Source of the DNA: Macrostomum hystrix
Taxonomy: Eukaryota; Animalia; Platyhelminthes
DNA length: 64,000 nucleotides
Direction of reading: 5' to 3'
Assembly: GCA_950097015.1 (NCBI GenBank)
Contig: CATNEN010000002.1
Location: forward strand, 2,852,001-2,916,000
Every line of letters starts with the position of its first letter. The first letter of the stretch is position 1. A program made the translations under genes and the position numbers. The notes under the pieces were generated by a model. It did no database searches. It saw only the letters and a program-made list of their open reading frames with translations, and was not told the origin of the DNA. Positions 23,898 through 35,072 of the stretch are shown here, piece after piece.

Positions 23898-26550
23898 GCT
23901 ATCAGAGTTTGTGATTGAAGCACCTTTTTAATATCTACAATTTTTGTTCCTGAAACAAAAGTAAAGAAGAAGTAGTGAGAATCACCTCATCTAGCTCCTT
24001 TGTTGTGGGAAAATAATGAATTGCTGGTCCTAGTGGTAATCATTTAGTTATCCTAATTAAAGCTTATTTTTTTTCACTAAGACTTTCTTTTTTTGCTAAC
24101 AAAAGTAATTTTTTACCTCCAAGTAAATAAGCATTTTAAATAGTGTTCATACATAGGTCTATATAAAAAACAATACATGCTTTAAATAGAACAAAGCCTT
24201 GTTGCTAAGGGTAGGGGTTCAATTCCAGGACAATTGTCTTTTAGCAAGACAGTTCACGCTATCTTGGAATTCACCCAGCTTTTGAATGGGTAGGCCCTAC
24301 CAGCATTAGCCAGCGTAATTAAGGGTGGTGTGGCACCCCCCTAGATTACAGTAATTATTTTACTGCATTAATATAAAAATCTGCTGTTAATAAGTATTGT
24401 GCTGCTAGGTAGGCCTAGCAAAATTAGAATAGACAATTAATACTAAGAAATAAAAGCAACACTAAAGAAACACTAAAAACATATGCAAAAGATCTAATTT
24501 CTGCCAATTTTTTATAGGCACTGAAAACTTTTTGAAATTGATACTTAGGTAAATGTTGGAAATATATAGTAATATATTCACGTCACTAATGACCTAATAT
24601 GTATAATGCAACATTTAAAATAAAACATGAGCCAGATTGATTCTGTCACATTGCCTGTGGTCTGATGCAACATTAGAAAAATTCAAAATCCAACCTATTC
24701 TAAAAGAGATTTAAAGAGCTAGACCTTTGTTAAGAACATTTTGAATATGAGTGTATGCTATAGTTAATTTGTATTATAAATATTTTTTTCTGCCAGTGTA
24801 TGCCATTTTTATGTTTTTGTTTCTAGAACACCCAATTCTGTATTTTGGTTGCAAAAACCTAATAAAAAACTGAACATGACTTTATGTATGGTCATATGGA
24901 GAATGTCCGTCTAAGCACACATGCAAAACACTTGGCCAATGCAGCCAAATCATCATCAATTAATCATCATTAATCATCAACCGAACAGTGTATCTTCAAA
25001 ACTGAACAAGAATTTTGACTCCTTTCTTGGTCTTGTGCAAAACAGAAACAAGCTATTGTATTTCACAGAACAACTAATTTGAAATTTGAAGAAATTATCT
25101 ACAAGCTGAGGCATGATATGCAATGAAGCATTAAGAGGAAAGAAAGATATTGATGTTTCAGTAGAAATTTTTATAGCAAAAGCATACTTTTTAACAACAT
25201 TTTTTAGTATGTACTTTAGATGAAGATTGTATATGGTTGCTTGCCAATTAAATGACCATAAATGCAGTTATTTATAGAGCATGAAAAATGCTTTCAGATG
25301 ACATAATTCATGATAGTTCACTCCTTAAAATAAGATTAAACCACTCACTCAAATTGTAAAAGCAAACATCAAATTCTCTGTTTGGTTTGAAGATACATGA
25401 AAATCATTGTTTGGTTTTAGATAAAAAGCAGGAATAACTTTTTTCTATTTGACAAAATAGCAAAAGCAGATAGGCTACTTTTTAGAAAGATGTAACTGTT
25501 TTCTATAACTTGGCTTTTGATTTATCATGATATCTTAAATAGAAAATCTGTAGAGCTCTTAGGTTTGAAGTTAAAAAAAATACACATTCTTGTTTGGTTG
25601 ATGATATATTACCCTAACAACTAGTAGGGGCCTAGGGCCTAAGATTCCTTAGACTGGATCTAACTAAAGAAGTTTCTTGGAAATAAAATATAAGCTAATA
25701 TGGGATTCTTTTCAAATCGTTCATTAAACAGCTTTTGAGAAAAGTTTCAATTCAAATTGTTATAGAAACATTGGGAAATCATTTTGAAACAATTTGAAAC
25801 AATGATATGAGTGTGACATGTTGTGTCCAAATTCTGCAGGATAGGCCCTAATGTGTCAAAATTCAGCAGGGGTAATAAAAAGGGAGTTTGGATCTACAAT
25901 AAATGATGGTGCTGCCAGGTGGCCTCCTGGCATGGTTTTAATAGACTTTAAGTGTGCGTTAGTTAGGCTAAGTAGAAAATTAGGCCCTAGTACAGCGTGT
26001 AAGCAGAATGCAGTTGTGCCAATACTTCCCCTCCCACTAACCAGCTCATCCCTTTTGGCCATAAACACTCCCAAGCATGTCAACCATTATTGCTTTTATC
26101 TCCCCACCTGCACTGAACATTTGCCACAGAGCACAGACAAGTTCCCCAGAACCCCAGAAGCATTGTTGTGCAAACCCCATGTCGGCACATCGATTTGAAA
26201 TGAAACTTCAATGCGACATGCAACTAGCTACTAGCTACATGCGACATGCAATTATTAACAAGCTAGGGCCTACTAGCTAGTTTTCGGTTTACCGTTTTTT
26301 TAGCTAGTTAGGCCCCTAATAGGCCTACTAGCTTTTAACATGAGAGATATGGACAGATACATAACTTAACTTAAAAAGCTTTTATTATAGATCCATTGCA
26401 CTTAATTTCCATATATAAAACTAATAACTAGCTAACTAAATATACTTAGAGACAATAATATCAAAAGTAAATTTCCCACTCACAATATACATTCTGACTA
26501 ATATGATGTACGAGTATGTACGTGACTTTTAAGACTTTCTCTCGCGCCTC

Positions 26551-27695
26551 ACGTATTAATTTCCCGATTTACATTCACATTCACATTCACATTCAAACAA
26601 GAGTATTGTAACTTAAAAAATAACCATTCAATTACAGCGAAACTTACAAGATCTTCTGATGCAACTAAGATAACGTTCCAAAATAAATATAATTTATTTT
26701 TGTCATGCATAAAATAATTACACAGCTTTGAAGTCTGTTCCTATCTCCGCTGCAGTGTATTTTCTTGTACTTTCAAAAAGACACTTCTACTGCATCAATC
26801 GCAATGAAAATTTACAAAACCTCTGATGCAATCGAGTTGATTGGATGTGTAAAATTTCAGACTGATTCATGAAAGCGTCTGCGGGTTATTCAAGGTTAAA
26901 GTGTGTTTCGTATCTCCGTAGTGTATTTTTGGGAGCCAGCTTGACATTCGCAGGCAGACACTTCTACTGCACTTCTAGTCAATGAAGAGACGAACTTTAG
27001 AGCAAGTTCATGCAGACATTGATAACCAGTGTAACGACAATCCCTTTTATCATTCTCGCATTGTCGACATTTTTATGACTCGATATTTGTCACTCCTCTT
27101 ACCATTATGGTGTATGTTTGTTTGGTCTCATATCGTCTCTGCGAAGTGCAAATCTTTCTATTCAAATGCTCATATAGAAAGTTGGTTTGGTAATGTTAAG
27201 CGAAAATTCCAACATCCGGAGTGTCACTGGGTTTTTGATACCTTACATTGGAATGGTACAAAGTGCTGTTGTTGAAAATAATTTTTATTCGTCTGTTCCT
27301 AGAGCTAGTTTTCGGCGGCGACAACAAGCAAGCGAAGAAAATGCGACCGAGATGTGGAGGAAGAAGGGCAGTCCGACTAAGAATCAGTCTGAAATTTTAC
27401 ACATCCAATCAACTCGATTGCATCAGAGGTTTTTGTAAATTTTCATTGCAATTGATGCAGTAGAAGTGTCTTTTTGAAAGTACAAGAAAATACACTGCGG
27501 AGATAGGAACAAACTTCAAAGCTGTGTAATTATTTTATGCAGTGACAAAAAAAATTATATTTATTTTGGACGTTATCTTAGTTGCATCAGAAGATCTTGT
27601 AAGTTTCGCTGTAATTGAATGGTTATTTTTTAAGTTACAATACTCTTGTTTGAATGTGAATGTGAATGTGAATGTCAATCGGGAAATTAATACGT
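26551..27695. mobile_element. Foldback-type non-autonomous DNA transposon with ~315-bp TIRs and an internal transposase remnant (Mutator/NOF-FB-like, tentative)
   Basis: 26551-26868 is a near-perfect reverse complement of 27381-27695. The internal + frame reads NDNPFYHSRIVDIFMTRYLSLLLPLW...SNAHIESWFGNVK. CGCGCCTC occurs at 26543-26550 and 27700-27707 as a possible TSD. Confidence 0.8.
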
Positions 27696-28651
27696 TCGAC
27701 GCGCCTCCCGCAATCTTCGCAATTAAATTGACGCAGTAGGTTCGTTGATCGGATTCTCACTTGTTAACGTTTAACAAAAATGCCTCTACTAGCATGTTTC
27801 TATTTTTTTATTTAAAAGACAAACTAGATTTTTACTCACAGAAAAAATAAGACAGCATGCCAAACAACAGAATACGCGCTGATAAAATCGAGATAGTCTG
27901 GTTAGGCAGCAGCTTTCGGTGGATCTGCGTATAGAAGGCGCGCTGCTGGTCAAGGATGGTAGGGGCCAAGCCTAAATCCTCACCGTGATCCATGTACCCT
28001 ATCCATATGTAGGTTCTTCGCTAAAGTTACCTAATTTTTCTAAAGCTTCAAGTTTCAAGTTTCTTAACATAAAAACGTTGATATTATTCTTAATTATCCA
28101 CTATTCGATTCTCACGTTTAAAATGTATAGTCGCGTGTGTTCAGTGTTACTTAATTGTACATGTTGCGTTGTTCGCCTTGTGGATCAGTTTTAGCTGTGG
28201 TAGCTAACTAATGTCACAAATATAATGCGGTATGCGGATGGCAAAATGATTTCGACTTTCGTGCAACTTTGCACATCTGTATTACCGAATGATGTTAGTT
28301 GCCTGGCACGGCTCCATATTTTCGGGGACACATTATAGATCTTTATCAATAATTTTTCAAGTATTTATTCTGGTAGTCCAAATGGGCTTAGTCATTCAGT
28401 GATCTGTTTATGCTAAATGCTAAAAGTGTGGCAAGCATAAAATTTTAACGCACAGTATTAACTAGCCACACAAATGAAAACTACACTCCGGAGCAGTTAA
28501 GAATATCAAATAACTAAAACTCTTTTCCTTTCTACTAGGACAAAACTGTAAGTACCTTAACCAAAATTACTTTCATGTACGAGCGAACAGTAAGGTGAAA
28601 CCTGTAGAGTTCATTTCAGCGAAAGAAACTAAAACAAAAGCTCTAAATGTA

Positions 28652-29183
28652 GGATCAGGGACTGCAGAAGCAGGGCCAGAATCAGGGACTGCAGAAGCAG
28701 GGCCAGAATCAGGGACTGCAGAAGCAGGGAGCCCAACATCAGGGACTGCAGAAGCAGGGCCAGAATCAGGGACTGCAGAAGCAGGGCCAGAATCAGGGAC
28801 TGCAGAAGCAGGGAGCCCAACATCAGGGACTGCAGAAGCAGGGCCAGAATCAGGGACTGTCGAAGCAGGGAGTCCAGCATCAGGGACTGCAAAAGCAGGG
28901 AGCCCAACATCAGGGACTTCAGAAGCAGGGAGTCCAGCATCAGGGACTGCAGAAGCAGGGCCAGAATCAGGGACTGCAGAAGCAGGGCCAGAATCAGGGA
29001 CTGCAGTAGCAGGGAGTCCAGCATCAGGGACTGCAGAAGCAGAGAGCCCAGCATCAGGGACTTCAGAAGCGGGGAGCCCAGCATCAGGGACTTCAGAAGC
29101 GGGGAGCCCAACATCAGGGACTTCAGAAGCAGGGAGCCCAGCATCAGGGACTTCAGAAGCGGGGAGCCCAGCATCAGGGACTG
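28652..29183. repeat. Minisatellite of mixed 27-bp and 30-bp units (GCAGAAGCAGGGCCAGAATCAGGGACT / GCAGAAGCAGGGAGCCCAACATCAGGGACT)
   Basis: Tandem units, all multiples of 3. The + frame reads (AGPESGTAE/AGSPASGTSE)n. Confidence 0.92.
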
Positions 29184-29382
29184 CATGTGTGATGTCATGA
29201 AGCCAGTACACCAGCATTTGAGATTTTCTTACCGTTAAATTATCCGGCCTGAATAAATTAACAAAGGCAGCCCTGCAATTATTTTGGTTTCTTGCTTTAA
29301 AGTTACTTGTTGCCTGTAGTATATGCACTTTGAATACTTTTGTGCCTAAATCGCAAATTTTAGAGCTATCAGACAAGAAGGT

Positions 29383-31749
29383 ATGTCAAAGCGTACAGTT
29401 GCGACATTGCTTACCATATTTTCGGTGTGCGCCACTCTGCAACACAGCTATCAAGAGATGCTCATAACTCGGCAGGTGTTTCATGAAGAAATTAAAGCCC
29501 AGAAAAATTTTAGCGATTCAAATTGGGTGAGCCGGAATAGGTCATGCCACTACAGTTTCAACTGGTCGTCCAGTGCACAAGTGAAACCTTTTCGATTGCT
29601 TCTGACATCGCTAAACTCAGCTGAGCGAGCCTGGCCCCTGGAAGTGGTAGCCAAGCAGGGCGAGTGTGTGGTGTCTCTTGTTCTGCCTTTCCAGTTTGTG
29701 CAGCACAGTGACAATGGCGACACTGCGGTGATTGCCGAGTACACCAGTTTGGCAAAAACCATATGCCCGTTCCCGCAAGCCCCTGAGGTCTATCAGATTT
29801 CAAACCGCACGGTTTTGGACATCAGTACTCTTTCAGTAGCGCCTATTAACTTTAGCATCTTTGCCACCCTCGTTGAAGATTTCGTTCTAGCTGTCGGCTC
29901 TAACAACAGCCGCCTAGCCGAGCTCCGGCCATCGATGCCGCTGTACTATTGGTTCAGCTTCAATCACAGCAGAGCCGCGCTTAAAGGGGCCAGAGCTGTC
30001 CGAGTTGTGGTCCGATTGCCTGATGACGACCAGCTCAACAGTAAGCTGTGCATGGTGCTGGCTGTACAGAGTAGCACTTGTCCAGTGTGGGACAAGCCGG
30101 AGATGGTGGACCACACCTCCTTACACCAGACGGTCCTATCAAATGGAGACATCTACGTGACTGAGGAAGAATTCAATAGTTTCTTTGTTATTCTGCTCAG
30201 CTATCCCAATGATAAAATGTGTCGCAACAGCTTCGACTCCGGACAAGCGAAGGGGGCTATGCCATACAAAAATGCCACGAAGCGCGTTTTGTTGAAGATC
30301 CTTCCAGCTCCGGAGCTGAATTACAGGACACTGGTTTACACTTGCGTGGTTATCATTATACTCGCATTCGGCTTAGCTTTACTGGCCGTCTGTGTCTTCT
30401 GGCGAACATCATCTGGACAGCGGCAGAGGCTGCTTTCAGAGCCGGTTGAAGCAGCAGAAGAAGACTTGGATAATAGGCCTTCATTTGAAGTCATGTCGGT
30501 AGCCGTATTGAATCGAAAGCCCACTGACAGACACGCCTACTGTCTTCAGCTGTCAGTTATCAGCTCGTTCTACTGCCTGCCAGCTGTGCAGCTGATGTGG
30601 GCTCTGAGTAACAGTATCTACAATTCTGGCAAGCTGGACAAATGCTTCTACAATTACGCCTGCAGTGTCGGGCTTAAAATTGGCACTGGCTTAGAAATTT
30701 ACTCGTTTAACAACGTATTTTCAAATATTGGCTATGTAGTAGCCGGCTGCACACTCATTGTGGTGTGCGCTCTCAAGAAATATTGGACGGACGGAACCAG
30801 CCGCACAGGAGTACCAGACTCCTACAGCCTGTACTACGCGTGCGGAGCGGCTCTCGTCATGGAGGGCGTGATGTCAGCCACTTACCACCTGTGCCCCAGC
30901 TACTACAACTTCCAATTTGATACAGCCTTCATGCTAATGATAGCCGGGTTGCTCGTTCTGCTTCTGTATAGCAAACGACATCCGGATGTGAATGCCACTG
31001 CGCAGATTGCCTACCTGGCGCTGGGCGCTTTCATCTTCGCCAACACGTTAGGTATTATTTTCGACCAGGTCGCAGCCAAGTACATATATTTCATTCTGGC
31101 CGCTCTGCACCTGCTGCTCATTGCTTATCTAGCTCGCCGGATCTACTATCATGGCAAGGCGGCCCCAATTCGCGAGATTTTCTCTAGGGCAGGCATTCGA
31201 AACTTTCCTTACCCACCGGATGCGAGCAATTTAACAATGGCCCAGCTTTGCCCTTGCCGGCCACGATATCCCAAAACTTTGGCTTTGCTCATTGTGAGCG
31301 GCACCTTTAATCTGGCCTTCATGGCGCTGTACATTGCGAACGGACTCGGCAAACTTCCCGACGAAATAAAGCTGAAACTTGCCGACGTGTTTCTGGGCAT
31401 CATTATAATGAACTTTCTTCTTTACCTGAGTTTCTACCTTCTAATAAAGGCTTTTTACGTGAAGCGCTCTGAATTGCGCTGCGTGTGCCTGTTGCTTCTG
31501 CTCATTGTACTGGCCGCAGTCCTCAGCGGCTTCGCGCTTAACTTCTTCTTCAACGCCCCGACTGACTGGATGAAAAGCCCCGCGGAGTCTAGGGCCCGCA
31601 ACACCGAATGCGTCTTGATGAACCAGTTTGACAGACACGACGTGTGGCACTTGCTCAGCGCGGGAGCCATCCTTTGCGTGCTGATGCTGGTACTATGCGT
31701 TGACATCAACGACAGTGACAAGCCGCGCGAGCAACTGCCAGTTTTCTGA
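29383..31749 (+). CDS. SIDT: SID-1 transmembrane family (SIDT/ChUP) protein, intronless, 788 aa
   Basis: Uninterrupted ATG-TGA ORF with a signal-peptide-like N-terminus and multiple hydrophobic segments. Family motifs: KCFYNYAC, FNNVFSNIGYV, EGVMSATYHLCPSYYNFQFDTAFM, SPAESRARNTEC, FDRHDVWHLLSA. Confidence 0.93.
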   Translation: MSKRTVATLLTIFSVCATLQHSYQEMLITRQVFHEEIKAQKNFSDSNWVSRNRSCHYSFNWSSSAQVKPFRLLLTSLNSAERAWPLEVVAKQGECVVSLVLPFQFVQHSDNGDTAVIAEYTSLAKTICPFPQAPEVYQISNRTVLDISTLSVAPINFSIFATLVEDFVLAVGSNNSRLAELRPSMPLYYWFSFNHSRAALKGARAVRVVVRLPDDDQLNSKLCMVLAVQSSTCPVWDKPEMVDHTSLHQTVLSNGDIYVTEEEFNSFFVILLSYPNDKMCRNSFDSGQAKGAMPYKNATKRVLLKILPAPELNYRTLVYTCVVIIILAFGLALLAVCVFWRTSSGQRQRLLSEPVEAAEEDLDNRPSFEVMSVAVLNRKPTDRHAYCLQLSVISSFYCLPAVQLMWALSNSIYNSGKLDKCFYNYACSVGLKIGTGLEIYSFNNVFSNIGYVVAGCTLIVVCALKKYWTDGTSRTGVPDSYSLYYACGAALVMEGVMSATYHLCPSYYNFQFDTAFMLMIAGLLVLLLYSKRHPDVNATAQIAYLALGAFIFANTLGIIFDQVAAKYIYFILAALHLLLIAYLARRIYYHGKAAPIREIFSRAGIRNFPYPPDASNLTMAQLCPCRPRYPKTLALLIVSGTFNLAFMALYIANGLGKLPDEIKLKLADVFLGIIIMNFLLYLSFYLLIKAFYVKRSELRCVCLLLLLIVLAAVLSGFALNFFFNAPTDWMKSPAESRARNTECVLMNQFDRHDVWHLLSAGAILCVLMLVLCVDINDSDKPREQLPVF

Positions 31750-32669
31750 ATCTCTTCCTTACCCATCGCAAGGATAAGAAGAGCTGTTGCTATTGCGGAA
31801 GAAATATTTTTCACCCTGTATTCATTAACGTGACTGTCGCGAGCCAATTGTTGCTTCAAATTTCACAATGAAGTCTTCTTACAAATTTTAATTAAGTAGC
31901 TAGCTCGTATTGCAGACACAATTTACCAATCAACCAGTAAGAACAACTTATAATTATCATATAGCTCGTATGTCTTATTGTATATCGCGTATTTACTTCA
32001 TTTGAATCGAAATGCAAACATCATTACATACAGTTTTACAACCACCGCAAGCGATCACTGTGACGACATGTTGTGGCAATGATACAAATTTTCGAAACTT
32101 CTTGCATGGCCTATTAATCTGCTATTTTTATTTGGGCATCAGTAATTTGATGATTGCGAAAAGTCACGGTGTTTTCGAAATAAAACTGCTAATTTACCAT
32201 TTTTTAATTTTATAATCTTATATACTGTGTAAAGCGTTGTGAGTCGTACTGAAGCACCTGGCGATAGCGAGGAGCTATGCACGAGCCTGGATGAAATCGG
32301 GTTTCATCATGTGTTGTAGTGTGAGAATCCCAGAACAGAACAGCTATTGTGCACGGCTGCTTGCTGTTAAGTCCATGGACTGACACATATAAGTAAATTA
32401 ACCAATGCTGATGCACATTTAAAATCTGGGTGAACTAAACCAACATAAAGTAAAGTGTCTTGCTAAATGGCACAAACTGTTCGAGTTGATAGAGTCACCA
32501 ATCGACCTTCAAGTCGTGAGTCTGGCGATGAGTCCACCGCGAGAAGGCGAGAGCAATGGACCCAACGCCTGCTCGTGGTGCACCTGCAGCTGGACTCCCA
32601 GCTGACCTTTCCACAACAATTTGCTGTCTCCCTAACTCAAGTCTGTTCTGAGACTCGATTGGGGAGACG

Positions 32670-34370
32670 AAATGAATAACGAGTTTGACGGATTTCCTGC
32701 GATGTTGGACCTTCTTTCTGATGCTGTATTTTCAAATCAAGATGTTCACAAACAAGCAAGGTGTTACAATAAAATAAGTCAATCAGAAGAAGGCAGCTTG
32801 AACTTATGTGTTCCTGATGGTTGTTCTCGTCTGATGGTCTAAGTTGATTTCCTCGATTACTACTCGTATGTTGATTTGTGTAGTTTTACTTGGTTTCTTA
32901 GTATGTCTTCAATTTTGGTTTAAAGTTAGAGACTAGTGGTCGAGATTGAGTGTGAGAGCTGCATTCCTTCTTACTATTAATTTTATACAGCATGGTCTTA
33001 AGCTGTCATTAGCTTTCGCGTTTGCAGCAAATAGCGTATCGCAAAGCGCGTCGGGTTGAAAGTATGCGAAGCGCAAATGAGTTAGATGGAAAAGTGCAAA
33101 ACGCGTTTGAGTCGAAATGACTTCATTTCACCGCCACCACGCCGGGGTCGCACGGAGGACTCTCATGGAGCTACTCAACGTCGCTGGAGCAGTCTCCGCA
33201 GCTTGTACCGTACCTACGCCGAGCCGGCAGTCCTGCACAGGGCCTCAACCTGGCTGGCGAGCGCCTCCGACAGCACGCTCACCGAGCTGCGCCGGCATTT
33301 GGCGCTGCCTCGTAGAGGTCGCTGCGCGGACGCCTGAGACCTTCCAGTGGGTGCCAGCCTGCCAGGACACTGTGGGCTGTGGCGTAATGAGCAGGCTGAC
33401 GCGAGGGCCAGGTCCGCGGCGTGACACCCATAAATAGAGCGACGCCCCGGCGAGCCTCGAGGCGCCTAAAGGCGCCAGGTGCCTGATAGAGACGTTCTTC
33501 TCACCCAGCTCCGCGGCGCAGGAGCTGATGGCCATGAAGGACTTCGTTCTGAAAATATTCTAGATGCGTTTTCAGTGTGTTGGGCGAATGTGGCAACAAA
33601 GCACCCTTCGAAAAATATGCAGACCCTGAAGCCGACAATGCTGCTCTACATTGCCGTTCGGACAGTGATTCGTCCTGATGATTTGGACAGCGACAGTAGC
33701 TCGTCCCCAAATTTCGCTTTGTCAATCGCCGGGTGCTTTTAGCAGCCTCACCGCGGATATGAATATCTGGCGGGAGGATATTGAGGAAGGCGTTGGGGCT
33801 GCCTAAAGGGGCAGGTGGCGGGGCGCAGCTCATGATCATGCGACACGCGTGGCTGCACTCAATGCAGAGTCGATCTTAGTAGGTCTTGAGCTGCAGGTTT
33901 CTAGCCCAGCAGATTTGTCCGGTGTTCGAGACCGCCAGTCTGACCATAGCAGTGTACGAGCCCGTAGATTCACCATGTACGCTAGGAAGTGCGCGACCCC
34001 AAGTATTGCCACTGCCCGCGGCGCCTTTTGCCTGTGGTACGGACAACGGGAGCCTAGCTGCAGCTTGGTCGAGCTTTATGCCCAAGCACTAATTATAGTT
34101 TGCTTATGGAATTGGTGATCTCCCTTCCATAGAGCTGGAGGCCAAGACTGCACGACGCATAAAATACTAAAACTATCGGCCAGGACAGCGGCACATCGTA
34201 GAGCAAGCGAGGAACGACTGGATCCAACTCTTTCGATCATTTGACGAAACGATTCGGACGCACCAGACGATATCAACACAGCTTCCACGAGTCCAACCCG
34301 CCGTGCGTACGCCGTCACTCAGTTCCGAGTGAAATGCGAAATTCGCTGCCACCATGAGCTCTTCCAACTA
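32670..34370 (+). pseudogene. Unidentified decayed GC-rich coding-like region
   Basis: Short runs with GC-rich third positions (LYRTYAEPAVLHRASTWLASASDSTLTELRRHL; CLIETFFSPSSAAQELMAMKDFVLKIF) broken by stops and frame changes. Family not recognised. Confidence 0.3.
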
Positions 34371-34491
34371 CTGCAGCCCTATGAACTCTATAAAGAGTAG
34401 ACACAGTGGACCTACTACTCCTTGTTGCTCTTGTTCCAGCCAAGGCAATTTTAGGAAGAATAGAATCAATCAATATCCACTTGGTTTATTG

Positions 34492-35072
34492 CCGACGACC
34501 TGGTGAGGCGACGAGGACTGGCCTGGGCCGCGCTCCGCTCAGTGCGCCCCATACTCCAATCTGAGGCCCTGGACGACGGGCTCAAGGCTCGGCTGTTTCA
34601 GGCAGTCGTTGAGACTGTCTTGCTGTATAACGCCGAGACCTGGACCCTGACGGACGCTTTGGAGAGGCAGCTGGACGCTGCGCATGCGGCCATGCTGCGT
34701 GCGGCGTTCGGGGTGCGCAGCGGCCCAGGCAGTGAGACCACTGCCGCGCTCTACGCTAGGGCGCGCCTGACGCGGCCTTCTGACCTGCTGCGCGGGCGGC
34801 GACTTCGACTGGCTGGCCACGTCATCCGGGTCGGAGGCCCGCTGCCCTGAGCCACTACCGACGTGCTGCTGCTCAAGCTGCAGGGACCGCGCAGGCGAGG
34901 CCAAGGGCGAACGGCGAGATTTCCTGAACGGCTTCTGAGTGATGCTGGCGCCCCGGACCAAGCTAGCGGGTGTGACTTTTTGAGATAATTGGCCCAGAAA
35001 CGCGCTCTCTGCTCTCCCCCTCTCTGGCCACTGCGTCGCTGGCGGGAGCAGTTCTTTGTTGTTGTTGTTGTT
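34492..35072 (+). mobile_element. 5'-truncated RTE-clade non-LTR retrotransposon
   Basis: RRRGLAWAALRSVRPIL...VETVLLYNAETWTLT...RRLRLAGHVIR parallels the C-terminus of the full-length copy at 42924-46037. Ends in a (GTT)n tail near 35056-35071. Confidence 0.88.

Noticed and set aside
24200-24235. GGTTCAATTCC B-box-like motif suggesting a tRNA or SINE
   Set aside because: No cloverleaf or A-box could be built; no tRNA or rRNA gene was recognised anywhere in the window.
28595-29200. Synthetic XTEN vector contamination
   Set aside because: The nucleotide units are near-identical tandem copies in native AT-rich flanks, unlike codon-diversified XTEN, and the peptide units differ.
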